64,000 nucleotides of DNA, taken from Octopus bimaculoides. Its lineage: Eukaryota. The DNA lies in the NCBI RefSeq assembly GCF_001194135.2, contig NC_068994.1:60251507-60315506 (forward strand), read 5' to 3'. Positions 11,811-24,590 of the stretch are shown piece after piece (position 1 is the first letter of the stretch; every line of letters starts with the position of its first letter). Below the pieces are notes generated by a model. The model saw only the letters and a program-made list of their open reading frames with translations, was not told the origin of the DNA and searched no databases. Position numbers and translations under genes: made by a program.

Positions 11811-12141
11811 AGTGTTTGTGCGTGTGTGTGTGTGTGTGTGTGTAATTATTTCATGCTTTCTGTCTTTGCTCGTGTTTATCCATTTATTTATCAATTTTAA
11901 TTAATTTGTCTAAAAGTTAATTAGATATGAGTTTCTAATTAATTTCTAATTTTTCTATCTCCTCCAACTTTCGCACCTACCCCCACCCCCGTTCCTACCC
12001 TTCACAACTTCTGTTTTCTCTCCGTTCATCCACCACTGTTGTCCAATCAAATTATACATTCACACACACATACGGATGCACGCACGCATGCGTACGCACA
12101 CATACAAATACTTACATACACGCACATGTGTTTATATTCAT

Positions 12142-12183
12142 ACATAAGCACACATAAGCACACATAAGCACACATAAGCACAC
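12142..12183. repeat. 10-bp tandem repeat (ACATAAGCAC) x4
   Basis: Seen directly. Confidence 0.95.
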
Positions 12184-12849
12184 GTGCACACTCACATATT
12201 CATATGCATGTACTGGTATATATTTTTATGTATGTACGTACGTACGTATGTATATATGTGCATGTATGCGTGTGTGTGTGTGTGTGTGCATTTGTGCGTG
12301 TGAACAAACCGACGCACCGATCGAGAGATACAGAGTAGAAAATAGAGAAAAATAAACAGACTTTGGGAACAGTGAAAGAGACGGGGCTGGTTGTGAACGT
12401 TGGTTCCTGGAGAGAGGAGACGAGACTTCGTAGTTACATCGAGTACGTTCTGTGTATCTGGCTTTGGAGTCAAGAAGGACAGCAGGGCATTGAGTACTAA
12501 AGTGGGGTGGGGTGGCAATGAGAGAGAGAGAGAGAGAGAAGGAGAGAGAGAGAAGGAGAGAGAGAGAGAAAGAGAGAGAATTGTTCGGCAGGGATATGGC
12601 AGTGACAGGTGAGAGAAAGACGAAAACTAAGAATAAAAGCATCGCCCGAGAGGAAGCAAACCAAATTAAACAGTCATTACTTTCTGGTTACAGCTATACT
12701 CAATCAACAGGATCTAAGCGCTTATTTATGGAATTTATGAGACAACAAAGTCGATGGGGTATACATCAATAGTTATGCCCATAATTATTCGATAGTTATC
12801 AAATGGAGTCACTATTTTTTATAGTTTTCGTGAAGTTTTCACGGGTCCA

Positions 12850-13079
12850 CCTAGTAAAAATTGTTATCGTACAAAAAAAACTCGCCGTAAACAATTGCAG
12901 TAATGAAAACTTGGGAATCCAAAGTTTCAGGATTGCGGGTCCGGGTTCCACCCGGAATGTTTTTAAGTTACTCACGGAATCGGCCTGATTTCAAAATGGT
13001 ATGATATGTTGGGCTACAGCGTCTAGGAATAAAGTTGAAAAAGCGTGACACACTGACAATCGCATTTATTATATTAGAT
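12850..13079 (-). mobile_element. Possible non-autonomous Helitron-like 5' end
   Basis: Minus strand begins A|TCTAATATAATAAATGCGATTGTCAGTGTGTCACGC, resembling the TC-start, AT-rich 5' ends of invertebrate Helitrons. No 3' hairpin or CTRR found. Confidence 0.35.
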
Positions 13080-13339
13080 ATTCATCTCGTATATGATATA
13101 CTTAACGCATGTGTGTTATTGAAAAGTCAGAAGCTGCATCCGTCCAGGAAAAATCCCTTTATAGAATTATCACGTTTCAAAAATACGATATCCTCCTAGG
13201 CGAAACGAAATTTTACCCCACCCACCTAGGTGACTGCAGGAGCTGCTTTTAGTGCATAATTCGAATTTTATTCAGTTTTAGCGGTGTCATTGCAAACTAA
13301 TATATTGCTTATACATTGTGTTTATACACTTTAGACTGG

Positions 13340-13720
13340 TCGGCTCCACTTTGTTTCGAAGATGAAACGAGTATGTGACATTCTCGCCAAAAAACAACAT
13401 GGTTTCATTTCGGTTCCAGTCCTATTCACCAGATTTAGCGCCTGCAGACTTCCATTTCTTCCCCAAGATGGAAATACAATTCAAAGGTCGTTGTTTTAAC
13501 ACTGTTGTCGAGATCAAGACCGAATCGCAGAAGGTCCTCCACTCGCTTACGGTTAACGCCTTCCAGGCCGGATTCCAGAAGTGGCAGAAATGTTGGGTCT
13601 GGTGTATTGTTGCGCAAGGTGATTATTTCGAAGATGATGTGAAAAAACTTAGATAAATAAGCTATTTTTTTTTATTTATCAAACATAACTAGCCAGGGAA
13701 CCTTTCGATACCACCTCGTG
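13340..13720 (+). mobile_element. Mariner transposon 3' fragment (transposase C-terminus plus TIR)
   Basis: YSPDLAPADFHFFPKM..FKGRCF..GFQKWQKCWVWCIVAQGDYFE. Right TIR GGGAACCTTTCGATACCACCTCGT. Confidence 0.9.
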
Positions 13721-14143
13721 CGTGCGTGCGTGCGTACCTACACTCAGATACATGTATAGGACTGCGTGCATATATCTGTGGAAACTGATAATCTTTCTTT
13801 GTGCAAATACACATACGCGAGACGCGCGCGCGAGCACACGAACACACACACGCGCATGCAATGGTGTTGACCTAATCGACCAATCAGTCTTTCTCGGATG
13901 GCTGTGTCCCTAACAAATTGCTTGTCTTGTTTAGCCACAGATGAACCTTGCTTCAGTAGATTTATGAAGACCGTCATTAACTCAGCTACAGTCGTTTTCA
14001 GACTGAAATGTTGTCACTTACGGAATATTTGACTGCTAAATCTAGCAGATCGATCAGCTGCACAAAGACTGTTTCGTAGTCGTATCATTAATAGTTATAG
14101 AGTTGTCTATTATCTTTGTGACTGTCTCTCGCTTTTGTGTGCC

Positions 14144-14206
<63 letters not shown>

Positions 14207-14642
14207 NNNNNNNNNNNNNNNNNNNNNNNNNNNNNNNNNNNNNNNNNNNNNNNNNNNNNNNNNNNNNNNNNNNNNNNNNNNNNNNNNNNNNNNNNNNNNN
14301 NNNNNNNNNNNNNNNNNNNNNNNNNNNNNNNNNNNNNNNNNNNNNNNNNNNNNNNNNNNNNNNNNNNNNNNNNNNNNNNNNNNNNNNNNNNNNNNNNNNN
14401 NNNNNNNNNNNNNNNNNNNNNNNNNNNNNNNNNNNNNNNNNNNNNNNNNNNNNNNNNNNNNNNNNNNNNNNNNNNNNNNNNNNNNNNNNNNNNNNNNNNN
14501 NNNNNNNNNNNNNNNNNNNNNNNNNNNNNNNNNNNNNNNNNNNNNNNNNNNNNNNNNNNNNNNNNNNNNNNNNNNNNNNNNNNNNNCTCTCTCTCTCTTT
14601 CTCTCTATCTCTCTCTCCCCCTCTCTCTCTCTCACACACACG

Positions 14643-14692
<50 letters not shown>

Positions 14693-14989
14693 ATATATAC
14701 CTAAGATTAAAGGGGATTTAGAAATCCGAGCGGTTTCCACATTCAGCATTCCTGAGAACACTGGTTAATGAATACATAAAAAATGGTCAAACTATTCCAT
14801 ACAAATTGAAATTCTAGAGAGAATTTGTTAGTTGTGGAGTTAGGGTTAGAGTAAGTTCAAGAATAGAAGTGATGGTATTACATTTATTCATTAATTACGA
14901 TCGTTTCAATATATACATTTGCGCATGTGTGTGTGTGTGTGTGTGTATTCCCTTTCAACAAACCTTAGAGACTTTGAAACAACTTGTTA

Positions 14990-16680
14990 GTGCAAGTGCA
15001 GTCAGTTTGCATACTGGACATCAATAGGTTTTAGAAGTCATCAAGAGAAAAATGCTCAGTTTCGGGACCTTTGATGACTTTACTGCGCACCGGTCCCCTC
15101 ACTGAAGTGAAACCCCCTACCTACTTGTTTGACTACCAGTATTCGACCTCAAGTCCTTTTCAAGATCATCACCTCTCTAGCCAGGATATACATGTTCAAC
15201 CATATCCAATGGTTGGATCTCAACTGTTGCCTAGATTTCTTTCAAAATGGCGTTTGCTTGCTGATGTTTGACACCAATCGATAGCAGCCACTGTCTCAGT
15301 TTGGTTCCAACAAAACCCCATCCATTCAAATACTACAGGGAAGTGTATTACACTCCAACCAGTATCTACACAGTCTACTGGTTCCGTCTGACAATGCTCA
15401 TCTTTCTTAATCTGGGCTGCAACTGTACTGTCTTCCTATTGGACAGTTAATTCAACAAGGTGTATTATCTTACTTTCATCACACCATCTTGTCGTATCCA
15501 GCTTCTTCTTTGTTAGTGTTGGAAAGAGGCGGTCACACGCTTCAAAATCTGCTGCTGCCTCCTCCCATACTCCATCTCAGTTATCCTCATTCACAAATTT
15601 CTCCTTTCGTTTTGGGTAACCATCTTGACATTGACAAACGTGATAAACTGTTTACTACCATCCTTCTGCGGTTTCTTGATCATTTCCGTCTGCTTCTTAC
15701 CGACATTGCAGAGTATTTTGAGGACCTCATTGTATCTCCCTCCATGTATACACTTCCAACGCCATCGAGCAGCTAGAACATGCTTTAGCGCACCAACTTT
15801 TCCTCATCACCAGTTGTCATTCGCTATTTTCCACTTCAGCAGTTGAGGGATGTGATGGTATTAAATGGCAATACATCAAAGGTGGATCGAAGGAGGAAGC
15901 GGAACTGTGAGGTGCTCTACTTGCAAATATCATCCCGCCAAACCTTCTTTTCAATAACTTCCCACTTGATTATCTGGACTTGTTGATGGCACTGAATCGA
16001 ATGCAGTTCCCTTGCCTGATTTTTCGGGCCTTAACACAGCCATGAACTGCGGCTCTGCACTCCCTCTGTGTCATCGATGAAAATGGTTTAAACGGATTAC
16101 AACCAATGCCTTTCCAATTGCTTTGAATTGCACTCCTCCCCCTTCTCGATGCTCCAATGATGCTGTTATGTCATCAGTTTCTTTTTTTGTGCACAGTTTT
16201 CCTGCAGTTTTTACATCTGACGGATTGTCCTGTACTTCTACAGCTTCGGACTTCTTCATTATAATGACTGTTTGCACCTTTCCAGATTTGCAGATCTTAG
16301 CAATTAATTTGGCAGTTGACGAGACAGCTTTCGATATGGCCCTGAACTGTTAATTGTTCAAAGTAAACCGAGCCATTTCTGATGCAAATACTGCATTTTC
16401 GCTTCATGGTCTCCACTCTTGATAATGCTACCTCGTATATGCTCAGAGGGCAAGCAAGATAGAGCTATAGACCAAAATGCAAACACCAAATCTTGTATTT
16501 CTCTGGTAGTTTTGACTTATCAATTGCTTTTCACCCATCCTCAGTTTGTGCCATGATCTCAATGCCTCTTCTCTTATCAGACAAGATGGTGTACCATCGT
16601 TCTAAACTTTTTACAGGTTTCTTCTTAACATTTGGTATGGTTTGTCCTGCTATTTTGAAATTCATTTGCTTCTGCCAACT
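14990..16680 (-). mobile_element. Hero-type RLE non-LTR retrotransposon, 3' ~1.7 kb, decayed
   Basis: Frameshifted minus-strand peptides KKPVKSLERWY, KAIDKSKLPEKYKIWCLHFGL, FLLRSTFDVLP, YNEVLKILC, IHLVELTV and GFVGTKLRQWLLSIG, followed by a 3' UTR. Architecture and motifs are typical of the Hero clade. Confidence 0.75.
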
Positions 16681-17303
16681 TTAAACAAATGCCGAACTGT
16701 GTGAATTCTTTGCTTTAATACCCAATCGTAGAGTAGTTATGTGGTCGCTAGACATGTTAAAGATAACAGTCAAATCTTTATATAATCGCACTCTAGGCTT
16801 TAAAAAAGGAAGAACGTATCGGATAATGTAGACGAAATGTTTACGGCTGGATTTCCTGTGATCCTGGTTCTTTTTTTTTTTTACAACAGAGCTGACCTGG
16901 GGGCAAAACAACGACAGCAACAATTTTTGCCAATTTGGAAGGAAACTAGAGAATGGGCGAATCATTAAAACGAAATATTCTAAAGTTTCCTTAAAGGATT
17001 CTTTAAAATTATTACAGTTTGTTGCGATTGCAAATTAAATGTTGTTGATGTTGATGTCATCACAAATAAAACTTTTTCAGATTCATTAACAAAAGCATTT
17101 CACTGCTGGCTTTCTCTCTCTTTTTTTTTCTTGACAAATGAAGGAAGGTTGCGATGGTGACATGCAAATACCATTTATTTACTTCCGGTTGTTTTGTTTC
17201 AGATGTTAAATTATAATTATCGGATTGTACGAAGACAAATTTCAGAAAATATTTTCAACAAAAAAACCTCAAGGTTAATTTTCTGTAAAATGGAAAAAAT
17301 GAA

Positions 17304-17378
17304 GAATTAAAATGGAATAAAGAACGAATTGAAATGGAATAAAGAACGAATTGAAATGGAATAAAGAACGAATTGAAA
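17304..17378. repeat. 22-bp tandem repeat (GAATTGAAATGGAATAAAGAAC) x3.4
   Basis: Seen directly. Confidence 0.95.
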
Positions 17379-17704
17379 GGTATCTCTTGATGGAGTAAAC
17401 AGATTAAAAAATAAAGTTCCTAATCCTGATACTTTCAAAAAGATAAAATTAAATTTTAGTAACATCAATAATCTTATGACTGTTTCTTGCAAGTCAGCGA
17501 CGATGGGAAGCACCATTGCTTGGACAAGTTTCTCAACCTTAAACATTCTTTTTCCTTTCCTTCTCTCTTCTTCTTTCTCTTCATTTTAAAATTCATTATT
17601 AAAATGCAGTTGATAATTCGTTACGCGGAATTCCGAAGTCCGGTTTTGAGTCTAACAATTTTGGGGGTAAGAGAGAGAAACCGCTTACATGGAAAGATCG
17701 GGAA

Positions 17705-18190
17705 GGTTTGAAAATCTGAGAGGGTCACTATAAACAGCAGTGGCCCCAAGATAGTGCCCTGTGGAACACCACTGGCTATTTGCGTTTCCTTGGCCACTAC
17801 TGCCTGACGTCTATCCTTTAGAAAGTTGTGCAGCCATTCTCCAAGTTTTCCGCATATGCCCAGATCGCGCAGTTTGTGACATATCATACCATGGTCAACT
17901 TTGTCAAAGGCTTTTGAAAAGTCGAGATGTATCACATCCACGCTTGAGTCTTCAGCAGCTTTTCTAACACCCAGTCGTAGTGTTGCAGGAGCTGTGTCAG
18001 ACAGCTTCTACCTGGACGAAATGCATGCTGGGTGTCAGTCAGTAAGTCATTTTCTCCGAGGAAGGTGATTAGTTTCTTGCGGACTATTCATTCTATTACT
18101 TTATTGATATGTGAGGTCAGAGAGATAGGCCTATAATTTTTAGCATCTGCTTTGTTTCCTCCCTTATGGATAGGGCATATCATCCCTTCA
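17705..18190 (-). mobile_element. CR1-type LINE RT fragment (domains 1-4)
   Basis: KNYRPISLTSHINK, QHAFRPGRSCLTQLL, DVIHLDFSKAFDKVDH and SGVPQGTILGPLLF. Confidence 0.92.
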
Positions 18191-18329
18191 GTTTGTTATA
18201 TANNNNNNNNNNNNNNNNNNNNNNNNNNNNNNNNNNNNNNNNNNNNNNNNNNNNNNNNNNNNNNNNNNNNNNNNNNNNNNNNNNNNNNNNNNNNNNNNNN
18301 NNNNNNNATATATATATATATATATATAT

Positions 18330-18520
18330 AAATTGGATCTCTTCCTGTTACGGGTTCCAGACGAGCTTACCTCACGGCAGGAAACTCAGATGAGGGCAGC
18401 AGCATGAAACTCCCTCATTGACCAAATGCTACATATTAGAGGAGGTTCCAATTAATGGTGTAGCTCAGTCAATGCTGGTGCTCCAGCATGACCACAGCTT
18501 TGCAGCTGAAACATTAAACA
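18330..18520 (+). mobile_element. CR1-type LINE extreme 3' end and tail
   Basis: Aligns by eye with 28360-28550 (AATTGGATCTC..CTCACGGCA..GGTGC(T/C)CCAGCATGACC..CTGAAAC). Confidence 0.7.
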
Positions 18521-20584
18521 AATATTTATGTATATATAATGCCTTTGGTCTCAGTTTAAGCCGAACTTTGCTGTAAGATAAAGTTTCTGACTGCAACCAT
18601 CTCATATTGTAAAGAAATGCTGATCTTCGATATTAAAATTAAGATAATAATGTGTCAAAGAAGAGAAATGCAAGCATGGTAGATTAGTCGCAACATTGAG
18701 TTCTTCCATTGACTGTAGAGTAAAACTACTCCAAATTTTGATTCTGAAACTAACATCTTGAAGTGAATTTCAATATTTTCGCGCTCCTTAAAATGAAAAG
18801 CAGTGATGTAATAAATATGCCGTGAGTGATAAAATAAAAGAACACAAAAAGTTGGCCAAATGACACACTCAAATGATGAATGCTCTCATATGGACTCATC
18901 TAATCAATCAATGACTGTAGTACTGATCGATTCTGTCGACCGATCCGCTGTGACAAAATACACTTGCTTGTTGGAAGCTGTATTGACTAATGGCTGTCAA
19001 CTATTGGATGTTCACTATAGAGTGAGGTTGTTGAAGTAGTTGGAGCGAGGCGGTGTGTAATTATCTCTTTACAATTGTGCCTGTGGTTGTTGAAGTGGTT
19101 TAGGGTGGTCATAAGAGAGCAGCCATATGAGTCGCTGCTCACTGGTTGTTGAGCCCCAGATCAATTTTGATCGAACAGACCTTATGGCCACAAGCACTGC
19201 AGCCTTGACCATAGGTCAAACAAAATGTATCTAGAACTGCATAATAATTTGTATCTTAAAAAAAAAACACTGTCATAATGTCTAAGACCTTGGCGGTGGA
19301 AGTTTTTATGGTTGTGATACAAATATAATGTAATGGAGGGGGTGGGAAGACGATGAAAGCCACTGCTTCCAACACCGGGTCTTTCTTCTTCACAGTAAAA
19401 TAACTGATTCCACCGTGTGAATATTTTTGTGGCTCCATTTGTTAGATCCTCGCTGTTTCTTAAGTCAATTAGTTAAACAAAAAGGTATTACAATGGACAG
19501 GCTTTTCTAGAATATCTCTTCATTTGTCTCTTGTTCACGTCCTGAAAATTTTATTTCTCCACATTTCACCAACGATCTCAATGAAAGAAAATCGTTACAT
19601 TTCTTGGCTCGTCTCTCTTGATGGGAATTTTCCCTTTCCAACATGGCTGTCGGTCCAGTTAACAAGTTGAATACTGTAATGAGTCAGTATGGCCGTTAAT
19701 TCAACATGGCCCTATTTTGTCAAGTTGCTGTCACATATCGAACAAATACAAGCTTTTCTGGAAAGGTAATCTTCGATATCCACTTAAGTTTGTTCTTCAT
19801 TAGGGTAACTGATTTTAACTATTGGTTTATGATCAAAGACGCTCTATCCATGGCCATCTCGTCATTTTGTATATCAGGGATAACATTACCCTACATATCC
19901 TTTTTTGTTTAAGACAGTAAAGCGAAATTTGAGCTAGGTCAGGCTACAATTTCAATCAGGTTGAACGACAACATTATATGTAGCCGATCCATGTTGTTTA
20001 CTGCTGTGAGATGTAGTCGCTGAAATGCAGCAATCGAATGACAATAATTGAATGTCCCTTGGCAACGGGCACATGAGAGTGCCAAAGACCAGAACAGAAC
20101 TTACAATTATACAATAAAAATGTGCGTCAACATATTTAGCGAGGAATGCATCAAAAACTAATGAGGAATAATTTGTGGCGAGGCATATACAACGTTAGTT
20201 CAATGATTTAACTGGTATATAATCAACTTTGATAATTTTCCACAATCGGAGAGAGAAGACAACACAATTTTCGTCAAATTCCCAAACAACATATACACCT
20301 ACATGTTATTATATACGACGTATGTTTATCTACACGTTAATCTATATGATAACTTGTACGTAAATATTTGTGTTCATCTACGTAGTGACCTACATGTTCA
20401 TATGGATACAAATCTGTAGGCAAACATATATATGTTAATCCACATGCATCTCCGTCTATCAGTTAACGCACGCACGCACGCGCACACACACACTGAAATA
20501 TAGACATTAATCTCCGTGTGAATATATTTCTGAATCTGAGAATTTACATGTTACCGTACATGTTGATATTTGTAGCATGGAAGG

Positions 20585-20790
20585 CGGTGAGGAGCTGGTA
20601 GAAGCGTCAGCCCGTCGGGTCGAATACTCAGCGGTATTTCGTCTGTCTCTACGTTCAGCTTTCAAATTCTGCCGAGGTCGACTTTGCCTTTCATCCTTTC
20701 GGGGTCGATAAATTAAGTACCAGTTGCGTACTGAGGTCGACTGGCCACCGCCTCCAAAATTTCGGGACTCGTGCCTAGGGTAGAAAAGAA
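20585..20790 (+). mobile_element. SINE family B, full length
   Basis: GGTGAGGAGCTGGTAGAAGCG..GAGGTCGACTTTGCCTTTCATCCTTTCGGGGTCGATAAATTAAGTACCAGTTGCGTACT..GTAGAAAAGAAT. Confidence 0.88.
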
Positions 20791-20794
20791 TCGT

Positions 20795-20980
20795 TGGCAC
20801 GCCGGACAAAATGCTTAGCGGCATTTCGTCCGTCTTTAGGTTCTGAGTTCAAATTCTACATGGGTCGACTTTGCCTTTCGTCCTTAGGGGGCCGATAAGT
20901 ACCAGTTGAACACTGGGGTCGATGTAATCGACTTATCCCCTCCCCCGAAATTACTGGTCACGTGCCAGAATTTGAAATCA
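20795..20980 (+). mobile_element. SINE family B, second copy head-to-tail
   Basis: GCACGCCGGACAAAATGCTTAGCGGCATTTCGTCCG..GAGTTCAAATTC..GATAAGTACCAGTTGAACACTGGGGTCGAT. Confidence 0.85.
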
Positions 20981-21278
20981 CTATTTGTAGCATGGAGGTA
21001 TGTCACTAGACAGGCAAACAGTGTTGTCTTGTAGCCCCAGGTTGGTCCTAAACGGTCATTCTTATGAACAAAAGCCTTCCAGCCATGACTATCCAATATG
21101 TTTCTCTAACTACACTTAGGATACAAATATGTCCTTTTCAAAGACAATAGATTGTCCTTTGAAGATTTGGCTGCTATTTCAAAGAGGTCATCTCCGCATA
21201 GGACGTCTGTGCATATGAAGAGACAGAACAAGCGGATGGAGAGAGAGAGGGGGGGGGAGAGAGATAAAGGTCAAGAAA

Positions 21279-21318
<40 letters not shown>

Positions 21319-22264
21319 GAGGGAGAGAAAAAGCTGTGCTTCTGTCATTATAAATATATAAATATATCCACGAGCCCACAAATATGTATATTATTATTGT
21401 TGTATATTTTTTTGCATATTTGTGACATGTGTCTGTAGATTCCGATGGAATTACGGAAATATCGAAGCAGAAGTGGGGAGTGGGAGGGAGCGGGAGAGAG
21501 ATAGAAAAGGAAAATTTTCTGACAAATTCCAGATCGATTGCTAGAAAGATATCTGTGTCTGTCTGTCCTTCTATCGATCTGTCTATTTGGAATCTGTCAA
21601 CGTATTTTCTTTATCTTCTCCCATCCACCCTCTCCGCAATTCTATTATATTTCATTCTTTCCACCCACATTTCTATACGTGGTGCACAAATATATATGCA
21701 TAAGTGATAGGAACAGCGCTCTGTTACCCTCCCTCTCACACACTGTCTATATACACACACATAAATACAGATACATACACACATATTTGTGTGCGCATAT
21801 ATGTGGCGCGTGTGTGTGTACACGCAACTCATTCATTTCACTGCACGAACTTCTCCCGATCCATATGCAAATTCCGCAAAGCGTTGTGCAGTGAATGAAC
21901 ACGTCCATGATGTCACGTGACCGGATATGCATACTTCGGTCATGTTACAAGTCAAATGCCATCAGTGATTTTTGTTAAGATATTTCGGATTGAAGCACGA
22001 ACTACAATGGGCGATTGAGATATTGTGCTCTCATGGAAATATATCTTGTTCTCTCTTCTTAGTTAATCTGTCAATATGTTTGCCTCATTCTAATTTCGTT
22101 TGGCCTTCTCTTCGTCCGTCCGTTTCTCTCCCCCTCTTTTTACAAGCGACCGTCACATTAATGCTACGATGATAGCAGATGTAGTGTTGTTAAGTAGGTG
22201 TTGATGCTTGGAGCATTGTACCAACTTAGTTATTTCTGTAGACCTACAACAGTGGATATATAAT

Positions 22265-22740
22265 AGTCAGATGAAGAGAGGAGGGGAGTTGATCCCATAT
22301 GGTGCAAAGGAGCGAAAAGAGAAGATTAATCCCTGTTCACAGCGAAGGCGGGAGTCCAGATGGCCCCTGTGCAAAGACCGTCCGAACACAGACAGATATT
22401 GTAGTGAATGACCAGTAGAGCGGAAATGGCGTGAGACCAGGGTGTCATTGCCGAGTCTGATGTTTTGGAGGTGCTCCGCGAACGGGTCAGCCAAGCGGCG
22501 TCCCGTTTGACCGATGTACAGGGAAGGGCAGAAAGAGCGGGAGATGCAGTAAATGACGTTGCTGGAAGTGCAGGTGAATGAGTTGGTGATGAGATAGGGA
22601 CGATGAAGGGTGCTTGTAAGGATGGTAGTGTTGGAGAGGTAGGGACAAGTACGTAGCGTGGACGGGAGCAGAGGAACGAGCCAGGCTGAGAGGTGGGGTT
22701 AGGGAAGAAACTGTGGACCAGGAAGTCACGCAGGTTGTGG
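22265..22740 (-). mobile_element. Penelope-like element GIY-YIG endonuclease fragment
   Basis: CPYLSNTTILTSTLHRPYLITNSFTCTSSNVIYCISRSFCPSLYIGQTGRRLADPFAEHLQNI..VSRHFRSTGH..EQGLIFSFRSFAPYGIN carries VIY/YIG motifs and an upstream Cys motif. Confidence 0.9.
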
Positions 22741-22793
22741 ACTCGTAAATACATACACACACTCGGATTCGAGCACTATTTTTTTTCAGCCTC

Positions 22794-22869
<76 letters not shown>

Positions 22870-23389
22870 GCATGTTTATTGCCACTTCAACATGACTGTT
22901 CCGTAAGAACCGACGTCTCTACAAATCTTTACAAAATTATAATAACTTGTCACTTACCCCTTTCAAGTTGGGGTTTCCTATCTCACTGTAAGTTTTCTTT
23001 TCGTTTGTGCTTTTCATGTTGCCTCTTTTTGTTTCTATTTTCCTGCTGTTTTATGGGTTCTTGTATTTCCGTCTCTAAGTCTGTGTGTTCAAGTATTTGT
23101 GTGCCTGTGTGTGTGCTTGTATTTGTGTGTCTGTGTGTTCGTGTATGTGTGTGTCTGTGTGTGCTTGTATTTGTGTGTCTGTGTGTTCGTTTGAGTGCAA
23201 CTCTATGTGTTTCGTCTGTGTCTCTATGTCTTTAGGTTTCCGTAGTTCTGAGTTGTTTCGTTTCTGGTCTGAATGACTCTGTACTTTTAATTCCTTCGCT
23301 GGTACTCCCTCTGGTAAATTTACTCCGTTTCTCGTCGTGGGTTGAGTTTCTTCTTCCATTCCTTTACACAAGGCACACACATACACACA

Positions 23390-23470
<81 letters not shown>

Positions 23471-24590
23471 AACTTAAAGATGGACTCGAGCATCCAAGCA
23501 AGAGACACTTTTACACAGTTGCTTTGAGCAGTCGATCAATCTGCTACAAATGACAGTAAAATCTCTTTCGAATCACACTTTACCGTCTTAAATAAGGAAG
23601 TATCACAGTTAATGTAATCCTGCATACATCGAAAAAGTAACGAGGTCATAAGTGGAATGTCTTTGATTAAAAGGTCTTCTCGATAGGGGCTGACCAAGGG
23701 TTAAACAGCTGCCATAACAACACACATTGTGTTCTACTGCTCTACACACAAACAGCGATTATGGGAAAATACGACCGAGTTAATCGTTCCTTACCAAATA
23801 CTTCATACACACTAGTCTGGCTATTTTCGGGGTGATAATTGTTCGTCTTATTACGACTTTCAACATTCACCGAACTCTTCATAACAAGAGAGATATTATA
23901 AAAAGAAGGATCTCAAGTGTATGGTACTTACCTACTGTTGTTAACAGCATGTTGTCTAGGAAAAGGGCGATGAAGACGATGAAAAGTACTAACTGACGAG
24001 AATTGCGACATCTTGAAAACAAGTCAATAATATAGTTCCGTCCAAAAGATTCTGTCATTGTGCTGACGGCAGCGTTCTTGGTTTCAACTCAAAATGACGA
24101 GGCCAAACTCATCCGACGCTTCCTAAAACGAGAAATAAAAATAAAAAACACAATATAGTAATTGGTGAATTTAGTTTGACGTTCTTTCCTCTCCTGTGTC
24201 TTGTATGTACCATAGTTTGTTAGAGTGTTACTGTGAGGCTGTCTTCGCGTAAAACACGTTCAACCTCACTAGAGAATTCCTCTTAAAAGTCAGTAGGAAG
24301 AAACATGCGAACAGGAATCTTAGAGTTGAGATTGATGACGAAGGTCTTCACCAATTCTTTAGTTAACGATTAATCTAGATGAATCCATGAGGTGTAAGTG
24401 AAGTGCAATGATTGAAACAAAAGTCGTAGCCTCGGATTCTTTGAAAATTTACTCCCACTTCACAGTGCTCTGAAACGCAGACAATCATATTCACATACAT
24501 ATATCTATCTGCAAGTAGACATAAATATGCACATATTATACATGTACAGTACATGTGTATATTACACACACACTCATATACACACGCGCG

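Noticed and set aside
17304-17378. 22-bp direct repeats as a CRISPR array
   Set aside because: The repeats are contiguous with no spacers, and the context is eukaryotic with no cas genes.
17705-18520. CR1 RT (minus) plus CR1 tail (plus) as a second twin-priming inversion
   Set aside because: The segments are far apart in the element and separated by a gap and TA repeats, so independent copies are equally likely.
19500-19900. Possible L1/Tx1 RT remnant on the minus strand
   Set aside because: Only vague SLIYK and PITL-like words, too degraded to support.
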